Positions 50,830-64,000 of a DNA stretch of 64,000 bases are shown piece after piece; the stretch's first letter is position 1, and every line of letters starts with the position of its first letter. Origin of the DNA: Nageia nagi (taxonomy: Eukaryota > Plantae > Pinophyta); NCBI GenBank assembly GCA_050084985.1, contig JBITNC010000001.1, positions 162,564,001 to 162,628,000 of the forward strand. The letters are read 5' to 3'. Both the position numbers and the translations under genes were made by a program. The notes below the pieces were generated by a model. It saw only the letters and a list, made by a program, of their open reading frames with translations. It was not told the origin of the DNA and searched no databases.

Positions 50830-51140
50830 GAATATGAGCATAATTATGTAATGATGCATCTCAAGGATAATGAAATAAGAGTCACTTATGTTGTTAAGGC
50901 ATTTACAACCATATCTAAATGCAAGCTGCATCTTGCCAGTAAATGACTATTACATTTACTACAAAATGTAACTAGCTTCCAAAGATATTTGTTCAAATAC
51001 AATTTCATAGACTATAATTATCATATGATATATACAACATAATGCAAACATACTTTCATGGACTATAATGATCATAGGATATACACAAAATGGATACATT
51101 AGACCCATGAGTTATTTGATAAAATGCCTAAAATGATCTA
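50830..51140. pseudogene. PPR fragments (minus, then plus)
   Basis: 50836-50912 repeats the 49538-49614 minus-strand module; 50995-51130 plus reads SWTIMIIGYTQNGY..HELFDKMP. Confidence 0.75.
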
Positions 51141-51508
51141 AGATATGCCCAAAATGAAAGATTGTAGAAATTATATTTGCATCAAATAATTCCCAAGCCT
51201 TGCAGCTTAAAATTCAATAATTTCCTATCATATGGTAGATTTGGATCATTTCATATCATATGTTTGAAGCACCCAAGTTGGTTGTATGGTGACATTATGA
51301 ACAATGCTGAAGCATAATTGTGATACATCTATTGAGAGGTTCTAAATGTAGCTAGCCTTGACTTATCTAAATGTAGCTAGCCTTGACTTATCTTAAGGGA
51401 GATTTGTACTGGTATTTGATACTTAAAGTATAGTGTTTGTTCATGTAGCTAGTTTTACACCTGATAATTGCATTTGATTAAAAGTATCTACAATATTTTA
51501 TTTTATGC

Positions 51509-52183
51509 ATGTCCTACAATCGTAGGATTAATCATTATATATGCATTATTGACCTTCTTAGTCATGCAGGCTATCTTGAGGGAGCTTTGAACTTCACTGC
51601 CAAAATACCCATAAACCCTAAAATGGATGTGTGCATGTGTGTACTTGGTGCATGTAAATTACATGTTAAAGTTCAAGCAAGATGTATTGAGGGAGCTTTG
51701 AATTTCATTGCTAAAATACCCATAAACCCTAAAATGGGTGTGTGCATGTGTGTACTTGGTGCATGTAAATTAATTTTTATGGTTCATGCAAGCTATCTTA
51801 AGGGAGCTTTGAACTTCATTTCCAAAATACCCATAAACCCTAAAATGGGACATGTATGCATGTGTGTACTTGGTGCATGCAAATTAAATATTATAGTTCA
51901 TGTATGCTATATTAAGTAAGCTTTGAATTTCACTACCAAAATACATATAAATCCTGAATTGGATGTGTGCATGTGTCTACTTGGTACTTGTAAATCAAAT
52001 GTTATGGTTTGTGTAGGCTATATTAAGGGAGCTTTTAACTTCATTGCCAAAATACCTATAAACCCTAAATTGGGGGTGTGCATGTGTCTACTTAGTGCTT
52101 GCAAATCATATATTATGGTTCATGTAGGCTATCTTGAGGAAGCTTCAAACTTCACTTCCAAAATATCCATAAACCTTGAATAG
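51509..52183 (+). pseudogene. PPR S2/E-derived reading frame made of 37-aa tandem repeats (one internal stop at 51917-51919)
   Basis: ORFs 51509-51919 and 51923-52183 are in the same frame: HYICIIDLLSHAGYLEGALNF.AKIPINPK..VCMCVLGACK repeated. Confidence 0.85.
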
Positions 52184-52200
52184 GGTGTGTGCATGTGTCT
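51563..52200. repeat. 111-bp tandem repeat, about 5.7 copies
   Basis: Unit starts at 51563, 51674, 51785, 51899 (one unit is 114 bp), 52010 and 52121. Confidence 0.95.
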
Positions 52201-53434
52201 ATTCCACTTCCAAAATATCCATAAAAATTGCATCAAATTAGCCACCCCCAAAGCCCTTTTTTGGTCTCATGTATGAATCCCTTCAACTACTTCACAAACT
52301 GATATTTACTATCCATTTCAAGGTAAATCATCTTTAAATGTAGAATAAATATGTATCTAAAGTGAATGAATTGTTATGAAAACTCTAAATGCACTTATCA
52401 ATGGAAGTTGCACATTGGTGTAGTTTATGTATGCATAATTGTTCTTTAACTTTGTTAGGGATATGGAAATGATTATAGTTGTGATCTTTCTATATTTTAG
52501 ATTATAAGTTATATGAGTTCACTAGGGATATTAGACCAACTTGTTATGGTGATACCTCACCATTTTTTCTATTCATCAACTTGAAAGGAAAAATAAATAA
52601 AATCCAAATGTTGCCTTTAAAAGAAAATCAAAACCATATAAAATAATTGAGAATGCAACAAAGTTTCATCAAAAGTATATTTATATTTTGGAGAAATATA
52701 ATATAATATTAATTTTATATTTTTTTATACATTTATAAAATCTATATGTATTTTGTAAAAGGTAGACATAATGTAGACCATAAATAATGTATTAAATAAA
52801 TAATTCATTAATATGTATACACTATATGATCTCTAGTTGATGTATATCTTTCTAAGTACATACGTAATGAGTAGTCACATGCCTACCTTTTAATCATTTA
52901 TGAGCTCTAGGAAGTCAAATTACCACTCTACTAGATAAAGAAATTAGAGCACCTGTATAATGAAAATAGTCAAATGCAGAGTGTGGATGCTCTAAATTCT
53001 AAATAATCTAAACTCCCACAAAGAATAAAAGATGATCACCACAACTAGGGCATAATAAATCCAAGGTTGATTGGTGGTGTCTAAAGACATCATTTTAGTT
53101 GTGGTATATTTCTTAAATTGGCTTGCATATGAAATATTTTGCTTCGATATTCTTTTATAGATGCATTTGTTCTTGATATCTACACCTTTTACATTGTTAT
53201 TTATTCATTACATTTCTTGTGAGGTATTTACACCCCTTTTATAATATTATTTTTTGATCCAATAAATATGATTTATTAATTAATAAAAATCATATTTAGG
53301 CATCTACATTTTACCCCTCTTTCAATATGTATTGTAAAGAATTGAAATTGCATAATCTAAAGAATTTAAGAAGAAAAATATATGCTTGAGATTGAACCAT
53401 TCTTCCTTGAACATTGTTGATTTGATGCCCCTTG

Positions 53435-56400
53435 TGAAATGTCCATCTAATTCTACCTAAAAAAGTTAGTACAATCTTATTTTGTACAATTTTTGGCAAT
53501 TCCACATTTGAGTTTTAGATTACTACAGATGACCCCCAAGTGGATGAGGTTGATCAAACCCCATAAGTTCCAAGTCATATGGTAGCTATTGCTTCAAAAA
53601 TCTCCCATGTTCATTTTATTAACACTTGTAGTTCTAACATCTCCCATGCTAGAACTACCCTATACCATTCATGACCTTTGGGTTCTTCTTAGGGCCCATA
53701 ATCCTAATAAAGGACACATATTTTTTGATCATCATTCATGCTACCCTAGCATGAAGTGATCTTAAGCATAAGCCAAGTGAATAAACTTCATTTCACCTCC
53801 CGTGATTTGAAGTTGATGTTAGTCTCACTACCCTGAAACTAACTAAAGTACCTTTACCTGCTCATAACACTTGTAAAGGAATATTACTATGCCATGTAGT
53901 AATTACCTACACATTCCTGTAATTACTACCTTTTCCATAAATAACCTACTCATTATTTCTTAGCTAAGTGTTTATTTATTAGGCTAGAACTAGACTCTCT
54001 TCTTTTCTAAGTTTTACTATGAACCTAAGGATTCATCTACTTGGTATGTACTTTTAGTGAAATATCATCCACTTGATGCATATCATACTATAGGATTTTC
54101 TAGAGTCAATGCTCTAAAACTACAAAATGGAGCCTAATCATTCCAAGTATGATTTTAGCCTATTTTGAGTTTTTTGATTTAATTACCTAAGAATTACTTT
54201 AAGGATTCAATTGTCTTATTTTATTTATAACTCTTTGGGATATCCACTATCTTCTAAGTTAAAAAATTACATTCTAAATAACTTATTGAAGGTTTAAATG
54301 ATATTCATTTGATCAATTCATTTCAAAATAAAACGTATTCATTCTCATATGTAGATGAAAGGAGACTAATTTCATTCATAATATCATTTCCAAATCTTAA
54401 ATCATTCGCAAATGTATTTAATACCCATATATACTAAATGTAAATTTAAAATAAAGTAACCTCTTTAAAACATTTTTTATAATCAAGTATACTTCATAAA
54501 TTACATTTTTCCTCATCTCAATGAGTTTACAAAATCATCAATATCACTTTTTACAATGCATGAAATATACAATTACTACCTCATTGCTAAACTTTACTAA
54601 TCTCTTCATGTGAAAAGTGAGCCTTTATCATGGATGTAAACTTTAGGTGGATCAGATCAACACTTCTTTTTGAGTTCTAAATGTATCAAATCAACACTAC
54701 TTGTAAACAAAAATATTTATTTGCATAAAATTCATTTTATGAATGCATTTATATCCATTTATATCTCCTTTACAAAAATAAATAATAAATGCATTTAAAG
54801 ATTAAATTATATATATATATATATATATATATTAATAAACATATATATATTTTTATAAACAAAATGTAATAGGGGTTGGGAGCAGGTGCATGCCATGATC
54901 CTTGCTTCTCACCCCCACTTATTAACATTTAATAGGTAGGGGGGAAGGGCCAGACATGCCACACATTGCCTGCAACCCATTCCCCATATATAGTGGGGAA
55001 AAGGTGGGGGATGGTGCATGCTGCGCTTGGCCTCCCCACCCCACCTTTATAAAACTGGCAATGTTGAGGTAGGGTCGATTGCCATGCTTCCCTCCTCTCC
55101 CTTTTGCCCTTCTATTCAAGCCATGGTCAAATAATTTATTTATTAAATATGTATTTAACTATATAAAAACATATTTTAATGTAGAACTAAATTTTTGAGT
55201 TTAAAATACAGTATTATAAATATGGTTTTACAAAAAAAACTTTGAATTATATTTTTTCCTTGTTTTAGACTAAACACACAAAGTTTTAGAGGGTTTTTCT
55301 ATTAACTCTTCATGATCTTCTTCTCTTCTAAACTACTAGGTTCTCATCTAAGAGCCAATTACCTAGAAAACCCCTAATCCTTTTCAAACCAAGAGCTAAA
55401 ATTGAATGCATTTTCAAAAAATAAATGAACCTAAAATATATATTTTAAACTATATGCTATTTTCTTGGTTTCATCCAGATTATTATTCTAGAAAGGCAAA
55501 TAGTAAACATGCATTTAAAACATACCTTGTACAATAAAAATCCAAAATGTATTTTCTAATTTGATGTTTGTTTTTTGTATTATGGTTTTCATTAAACTAA
55601 CATGTATTTCAAATTTAAATAGGTAAACTATCTCTGAAAAATGAAATACCTAGAACCATTTCTTGTTCTTAAAAATTGCAACAATCACATTTCCTTTTTC
55701 TAAAACAAATAAAAACTAGTATGCATATAGAAAACCTAAAATTTGCAAGCAAATCCTTCTTTAGTTGCCTCTTCCAATAATGCAAACACAATCCAAAGCT
55801 TAGCAATATGAAAGCTCCAAAAATATTTTCAAAAATCCACACCATGCAACATAAAAATGAGTATTTTGTAGTTGCAAAAAAATTGCCAAGGTTGTAGTTG
55901 CAAAACCCCTTCCAAAAACTCATGGGAGCAAACCTAAAAATAACTAGTTTACTTTAGGTATAATATTGTATATTTTAAAAACTAATTTTAAAATAAATAA
56001 AACATAACATATATTTTAGATACTTACTTTAATATTTAAAACTAATAAAATATTAATACCATTTACTTAGGATACTAAATTAATATATTTAAATATCTAT
56101 ATATTAATGTAATTAATTAAATATACATTTTTCTTTTGGTATTCACTATTTATTTCTATTTTGTAGACCAAAGTACATAACCAAAGGTAAGCAAAACACA
56201 CATATAACCATGCAACACAAGGGAAAAATAGAGCTCTTTTTCCAAAAAGGCAACCTCCTAACTCTCAGTCACAAAATACAATAAAATGCCTAGATGCATT
56301 CATACTTCCCTTGTGGGCTGAGGCATCATTGTCATGTCCAATTTATATCCAATCAAGGGACCCATTCACTTGGACACCTATTCTTGTAACTATACCAATT

Positions 56401-56560
56401 CCAAGTAGTATCAAATTCATAAGAGCATATGAAATAATCATTCATAATAATGTAATAACTTATAAATAAATGATCTCATAAACATATTTGTAACACAAAC
56501 ATGCTCATCACAACGTTGTTCCAAATGCATAAAAATAGTCTTAAGGGTAGGGTCACCACA
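53435..56560 (-). repeat. 3' LTR (~3.1 kb)
   Basis: TGTGGTGACC...GGACATTTCA on minus; collinear with 61216-64000. Confidence 0.9.
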
Positions 56561-56599
56561 TCCTTCCCCCCTCAAAAACAACATAGTACTCTATGCTCA

Positions 56600-59500
56600 C
56601 ATTATTCATAAAATAAATGCATCAAAAACAAATAAGGAAATTATTCTTTCATAACATCAACATTCTCCCAATTAGCGAAAGACTCAGAGTATTAATCCCA
56701 TTGGATCCTACACTCCCTTATTTCCTTATTCCTCAACTTCATGGTTCTAAAACCATTAACTCTTGGAGGAAGTACTTCAATGGTCATCAAATATGCCATC
56801 TACAAATTTGTTAAATCCAAAACATGTGAGGGATCAACAATATATTTCTTAAGTAGAGATATATGAAAGATACCAAGAATCTTTGATAGAGTAGGTGGTA
56901 AGGCAAGTTTATAGGCAACTAGACTTATTTTTCTTATAATATCAAAAGATGCTACAAATCATGGATCCAATTTAGTAGATTTTATGACACTTTTCATAGG
57001 ATGAACTTGTAAGAATTCTTGTGGAGTTATTTGAAAATCAACATAACTCTTTTGATGATCGAATACTTCTTTAAGCCTTTTTTGAATCATTTTGAGTTAC
57101 TTCTCCATTTTATTTAGATGATATGGTACAATCACTATTTGATCATTTGAATTATCTCACAATAATGGAATCCTACACTTCTTTCCATATATCACCTCGA
57201 AAGGTGCCATCTTTAAGGATGAGTGATAAGAGTTATTATAAGCGAACTTAACCAAGTACTAGTAATCTTCCTATTTAATTTTTTGGTCCCTACAATACAT
57301 ATGCAACCTGTATTCAAGGACCTTATTAACCTGTTCAATTTGAGTATCTATTTTTGGATGATATGCTAAAATCATTTTCAATTTGGTACCTACAACCTAA
57401 TGTAAGATTCTCCAAAATTGAGAAGTGAACTTGGGATCCCTATCCACAACTATCACTTTAGGAAACCCATGTAATTGAATAATATTCTAAATTAAATTAT
57501 GTGTAATAGTTGAAGCATCATTTATTGTGTTTACCAAAATAAAATGAGCCACTTTAGTGAGATAGTCAACTATGAAAAAGATGGCATCATGATGAAATCT
57601 CATTTAGGCAGACCAATAATGAAATCCATTGATATCTTTTGCCATTTTTGTGTGAGAATATCATGTGGATAAGACAAACCACCTAGATGTTAATGCTCTG
57701 CTTTAACATTTTTACATTCCAAGAACTTAGTTACAAACTCATTAACATCCTTCTTTATTCCACACCAATAAATTTTTTTTTTGAGATTTTCCCATATTTT
57801 TGCACCACCAAGGTGACCAAAAAAATGAGACTAATGTGCTTCTTGCATGATTATTTTTCTAATACCACTAGTATCTAGAATAACAATCCTATCTTTAAAG
57901 TATAAAAATTTATCCTTACTCCCAAAATCCTTAATCGAAGGATCAAATTTTCCTAATTTATTATCAATCTTAAAATAATAAGCATCATAATTTTGAATTT
58001 CCTTAACCTGATCTAAGAGATCAAAATGACTTTTTATCATAGCTTTAAGGTGTTTGCATCTACTTAAAGCATCCATAACCATATTTTTGTATCCCTTAAT
58101 GTAATTTATCCCAAATTCATATTCAACCAAGAACTCCATCCATCTTCTTTGGTATGCATTAAGGTCATTTTGAGTAAAAATATACCTTAAGCTTTGGTGA
58201 TTAGATTTTAACTCAAAAAGTTACCCTAATAAATAATGCCTCCAAACCTTTAGTGCATGAATAATAGCTTCCAATTCAAGGTCATATGTAGCATAATTCA
58301 TTTCATGAGTTTTTAACTTGTGAGATTCATATGCATAGGTATATCATTATGAGACAATACACTACCTAAACCAAGTAAATAAACATCAATACATATAATA
58401 AAATCTCCAAAAGGATATCGTATGGCAAGAACTAGAGCATTTGTGAGTTTCTCCTTTAGGGTTTCAAAGATTTTTTCATATTTTTTAGTCCACTTAAAGG
58501 CTTGATTTTTCTTTTGAAGACTTGTAACAAGATTTTCTATTCTAGAGAAATCCTTTAAAAAACATCGGTAATAACCTACAAGGCCCATAAAACTTCTTAG
58601 CTTATTCATGTTGGTTGTAGTAGACTAACTCATGATGGCCTTGATCTTTTTGGTATCAACTAACACACATTTAGTTGAAATTATATATCCCAAGTACTGA
58701 ACTTGTAAGATATAAAATTCACATTTGGAAAGTTTTTCGTAAAGCTAATGTTTTCTTAATGCTTCTAAAACCGATTTTATATTGCAGTCATATTATTATT
58801 TATTTATTAAATAAATTAGAATATCATCTAAAAATACCAACATAAATTTATCCAAATACACCCAAAATATGTTATTCATGAAAGCAGCAAGTGCATTGAT
58901 TAATCCAAAAGGAAGCACAATAAATTCATAATGAACATATCTAGTTTTAAAAGCTATTTTATGTATGTTATAAACTTTTGATTCTTAGTTTATGGTATTA
59001 AAATCTTAAATCAATTTTCAAAAATATGGGAACATCTTTAATTTGATTTAATAAATCATCGATTCTCAACAAAGGGTATTTGTTCTTAATCGTGAATTTA
59101 TTCAATAATCGATATATAAGCACAAGGATCCATGCTTCTTTTTCACAGAGGATTGGAGCATCCCAAGGGGACATACTAGGCTTGATTAGAAAGTTTTACA
59201 ATATATCCTAAAGCTACACCTTTAGCTCCTACATCTTGATTGTTGTCATTCTATAAGGAGTTTTTGAAATCAGCTCTATGCTAAGAATTAGATCGATAGA
59301 GAAATTAAATTATCATTTTGGAGGTAACATTGAAAGTGTTTAGGAAAAATGTCTTGAAATTATTACAAAAGGGAATGGTGTTGAAAGATTTTCTCTTTTG
59401 AATTATTTTTTCCACTTCCTTAATCTTTACTACATAAATTAACCCACCCTTTTAGATAGTTCTTTTAAACTACATAGAAGTAAGAAGATAGGGGTTTCCA

Positions 59501-61100
59501 CTACCTTTATCATAATTGTTTCTTTGTATTTACAAGTTGAGATCAATGAATTCATTCCAACTTTAGTGAAACTCAACAAAGCTTTATGAGATCTAAGCCC
59601 ATTCATTCCTAGAATAACATCAAAGGAATGTAAAGGTGCTACTTATAGATCCCACTCTACTACTCCTTTAGGTAACTTAATTTCAATGTTTCTAAAATAT
59701 TGATTAACTAAGCAAGTTTTTCCAAATCCATACTTGAATAACCACCCTTTTGTCAAAAATTCTTACGCTTTTGAAACATCTCTTATAATTGAAGAAAAAA
59801 TAAAACTCTTTATTGCACCATAATCAATAAGAATTTTAAATATTTTATCAAACATTATACCTAAAATCTACATAGGCATTACTTGACCATTCAAGTTAGC
59901 CTTGTTGATTGCTGCAAAGATCTTATGTTCAGAAAAACTCTTCTTTTTTGGGCACTTATTTGCAAAATGATTAGGTCCACCATAAACCCAACATACTCCT
60001 TTCTTTGGTCCCTGACTCTTATTTTGATAATTATCTCTTGGTGCTTCATTCCTCTTTTCTTGAAATTTTTTATTTTATGTCTAATCCTAATTTTTATTTT
60101 TCCTAATTTTTATTTTTCTAAGGATTTTTCTTATTATTGCCATCATTTCCATTATTTTTATTTTGGGGTTGATTTTGATTTTGTTGGAAGTTATTTGCTT
60201 TGAACCTTTTATTAGTTTGTTGCTGGTCTTTTTTCCATTTGAGAAACCCTTTATTGTTCATATTTATCATCTCCTACTTTTCATCTTTGTTCAAAATGCT
60301 ATAATTCATAAAGGGTCTTTTGGCCTCTTAAGTTACTTTCTCTATATCAAGCTAGGTCATATGTTTTTTCTAGCTTTTATGGTTTATGTGTATTTACTGC
60401 TATTTTGATTCTAGCATCCAAACCCATAATAAATTTACGAACCTTCAATTCATTTTTATCCTCAGGTAGGTATGTATTATAACAATTTAATAAATTTTTG
60501 GTGATACTATTCCACTGATAAATTTCCTTGTGAAGGATGTAAAATTCATCATACTTTTTAGAATAAAATTGTTTTGTGATATATTACTTCTTAAAATAAA
60601 CATTGAAATCCTACCACTTAAGGTTCACACCTTGGATATTTGTTGAGCTTTGTAGGAGTTCCACCATTATAAGGTAGGTCCAAGAAAAGTTCACTGTAGC
60701 CCAATCAATTTGAGCTTCAAATGAAATATTCTTCATGGAGAATTATGTCTCCATTTCTTCCAAACAATCCTTAAAAACTTCACCTGCATATTTTTCATTA
60801 AATCTTAAAACTAGGAACTTCTTCAAATCTTTCACAAGTACTTGATCTACCTTAGATTTATAGGGTCAAAATTATTATTACCAACCCTTTCCTCATTATC
60901 ATTGACATTATTTTGATTATTGGGATTTTGCTTTCTATTCATCAATGTTCCAACATTTCTTGTTATTTTGCCAATTGCTCTTGCAATCTTAAAATGGAAA
61001 CATTTTTAGTTCAAGCTCTGGATGTTTCTTCATTCTTATTAGTTTGAGAAATATTTCCATAGGAATATGCTTTGTTGGTATTTTTTCTTGAAGTATTCCT
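56600..61100 (-). pseudogene. Degenerate gag-pol
   Basis: [10 protein letters not shown] and VFLDDILI (~58815-58920); RSFMGLVGYYR; RNase H YDLELEAIIHALKVWRHYL; integrase WQKISMDFIIGL and VDYLTKVAHFI; chromodomain-like end ~56640-56760. Confidence 0.9.
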
Positions 61101-61215
61101 TATATTAGTGATCATATGTACTAAAAAAGGACACAAAAGGTTTAATTTAGATTTATGAAATTATTTTATTTTTAGGAAGCATTTTTCCTTATGAATCTAA
61201 TGCTCTGATAGCAAA

Positions 61216-62894
61216 TGAAACATCCATCTAATTCTACATAAAAAAGTTAGTATGAATTTTTTTGTACACATCCATAATAACACTTAAATTCTTTTATTAA
61301 AAATAACTTTTGGCAATTCCACATTTGAGTTTTAGATTAGTCACTATAGATGACCCCCAAGTGGATGAGGTTGATCAAAAACCATAAGTTCCAAGTCACA
61401 TGGTAGCTATTTCTTCAAACATCTCCCATGTTCATTTTATTAGCACTTGTAGTTCTAACATGTCCCATGATAGAAATATCCTTATACCATTCATGACCTT
61501 TGGATTCTTCTTAGGGCCATGCTCCTAAGAAGGGATACACATTTCTTGATCATCATTCATGCTACCCCATGAAGTGATCTTAAGTATAATCCAAGTGAAT
61601 CAACTTCATTTCACCTCTTGTGATTTGAATTTGATGTCAATCTCATTACAATGAGACTAATTTAAGTACTTTTACCTACCCATAATACTCATAAAGGACC
61701 ATCACTATTCCATGTAGTAATTATCTACTTATATTTCTTGTAATTAATACATTTTATATAAATAACGTACTCATTATTTCTTAGCTAAGTGTTTATGGAT
61801 TGTGGTAAAACTAGAATCTCTTCTTTTCTAAGTTTTACTATGCACCTAAGGATTCATCTACTTGTTTTGTACTTTTAGTGAAATATCATCCACTTAATGT
61901 AGATCTTATTATAGGATTTTTAAGAGCCTATGCTATGAAACTACAAAATGGAGCTTGATCATTCCAAATATGATTTTAGCTTATGTTGAGTTTTTCAATT
62001 TAATTACCTTACAATTACTTTAAGGATTCAATCATGTTGTTTTCTTTTTAACTCTTTAGAATATCTATTATCTTCTAAGTTAATAAATTGCACTCTAAAT
62101 AACTTGTTTAAGGTTTAAATGATTTTCATTTGATCAATTCATTTAAAAATAAAATGCATTCATTCTCATATGTAGATGAAAGGATACTAATTTCATTCAC
62201 AATCTCATTTCCATATCTTAAATCATTTACAAATGTATTTATAACTCACATTTACTAAATGCAAATTTAAAATAAAGTAACCTCTTTAAAACATTTATCA
62301 TAATCAAGTGTACTTCATAAATTACATTTTTTCTCATCTCAATGAGTTTAGAAAATCATTAATATCCTTTTTTACAATACATGAAATATACAATTGCTAT
62401 CTCATTGCAGAACTTGGCCAATCTCTTCATGTGGAAAGTGAGCCTCTAGTATGTATGTAAACTTTAGGTAGATCAAATTAGCACTTCGTTTTGAGTTCCA
62501 AATGCATCTCATTGACATATCAACTATAATGCAAAGTAGGTAATGTAAAATAAGTTCATAATAAGAACTTCCCTTCTTAGCTTATCATGAATGTACATCC
62601 TTCTCGATGTGTTAAAATTCAAGTATATCATCATAAACTCCAAGTTCTTGTTAACAAATATACAATAATGATGCAAGCAAATCTCATGCATTTTCCCATG
62701 GTCTAAAGTATGTATATGTTTAAATTTACAATACTTGTAAATAAAAACATGTATTTGCATAACATTTCATTTTATGAATGCATTTATATTTCCTTTATAA
62801 AGATAAATAATAGATTCATTCAAAAATTAAATTATTTATACATATAATCTATTTTGTATTTTATTTTTCAAAATAGAAATTAGATTAAATAAAT

Positions 62895-62969
<75 letters not shown>

Positions 62970-64000
62970 GCATCGTACACCATGTGCCATGCTTCTTACC
63001 CCCACTAATTAACATATAACAAGAAGGGGGAAGGGCTAGGTGCACCATGCGTTGACTCCAACTCACTCCCCTAACATGGTGGGAAAAAGGATGGGTGTTG
63101 GCACACACCATGCTTGGTCTCCCCACCCCACCTTTACATAGCCTACAGGGCTAAGGCAAGGTCAACTGCCATGCCACTCTCCTCTCCTCTTGACCCTTTT
63201 ATTTAGGCCATAGAATAAATAATACACACACACACACACACAAAGTTAAGTAAAAAAACATATTTTAATGTAAAACTAAATTTCAGTTTAAAATATAATA
63301 TTATAAATCTAGTTTTACAAAAAAAACTATAATTATTATTATTATTTTTTTTTATTAAACATAAAACATTTTATAGGGGTTTCTATGAACTCTTCATGAT
63401 CTTCTTATCTTCTAAGCTATTGGGTTCTCATACAAGATCTAATTACCAAAAAAACCCCAATTATTTGTAACCCCAAAACTAAAATCAAATGCATTTTCAT
63501 AGAATAAATGAACCTAGGATGTAGATTTTAAAATATATGGTTTTTTTTTGGTTTCATCTAGATTATTTTTCTAGAAAGGAAAATAGTAAACATGCATTTA
63601 AAATACAATTTTTTTAATAAAAACCATAAAGTATTTTATAATTTGATGCTTGTTTTCTATCTCATGGGTTTAATTAAACTAACATTCATTTCAAATTTAA
63701 ATGGGTAAACTATCTTTGAAAAATGCAATACCCAGAACCAATACTTGTTCTTAAAAATTACAACAATCAAATTTCATTTTGTAGAAATAAACAAAAACTA
63801 GCATGCATAAAGAAAACCTAAAATTTGCAAGCAAATCCTTTTGTATTTTCCTCCTCCAACAATGCAAGCTCAATCCAAAATCCAAGAGTGTGCAAGCTCC
63901 AAAAATATTACCAAAAATCCACACAATGTAGCATACAAAAGAGCATTTTGTAGTTGCAAAAAAATTGCCAAGGTTGCAGTTACAAAACCTCTTCAAAAAA
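61216..64000 (-). repeat. 5' LTR (incomplete in this window)
   Basis: Direct repeat of 53435-~55915, with indels such as extra sequence at ~62510-62720. Confidence 0.9.
62898..62969. repeat. (TA)n microsatellite inside the LTR
   Basis: Long TA run; shorter equivalent at 54808-54831. Other (TA)n tracts at 19711-19762, 25494-25518, 29083-29115 and 47761-47781. Confidence 0.95.

Larger units (their letters stand above)
53435..64000 (-). mobile_element. Ty3/Gypsy chromovirus (Tekay/Del-like) with long LTRs, decayed; the 5' LTR runs past the window end
   Basis: LTRs 53435-56560 and 61216->64000; PBS TGCTATCAGAGC 61202-61213; PPT AGGGGGGAAGGA 56561-56572; internal gag-pol. Confidence 0.92.

Noticed and set aside
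15650-52200. A functional PPR gene anywhere in the window
   Set aside because: Every PPR segment is truncated, frameshifted, stop-interrupted or split by insertions, and no targeting peptide or full motif array is present
59883-60408. Hydrophobic membrane-protein-like ORFs (also 34757-35044, 18566-18805)
   Set aside because: Antisense of Lys/Glu-rich gag or T-rich intron/TE sequence; compositional artefacts

Overview
AT-rich, CpG-depleted plant nuclear DNA. The PPR and retroelement families suggest a gymnosperm, probably a conifer (inference, not proven). There is one intact host gene: U1 snRNP protein C (U1C/SNRPC, + strand, 5 coding exons, 35138-37339, 272 aa), with a probable non-coding first exon near 32.8 kb and three telo-boxes. 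The rest is nested, mostly decayed mobile DNA: a Sola-type DDD transposase relic (0-1.5 kb); Copia remnants; a pol-less LTR element with an unexplained PWDPG-containing ORF (6.4-11.2 kb); a full-length CRM-like chromovirus with perfect TSD (19554-26441), nested in a 2.1-kb non-autonomous LTR element that itself splits a PPR pseudogene; an internally deleted L1 LINE with both ends and a 17-bp TSD (30071-31929); and a Tekay-like chromovirus with ~3.1-kb LTRs (53435 to window end). The most unusual structure is the 46.5-52.2 kb mosaic of PLS-PPR gene fragments in both orientations, interleaved with a CACTA transposase fragment. It ends in an in-frame 111-bp tandem array encoding a permuted 37-aa PPR-derived repeat. 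Borders of decayed elements are approximate and were read by eye; no alignments or database searches were run.
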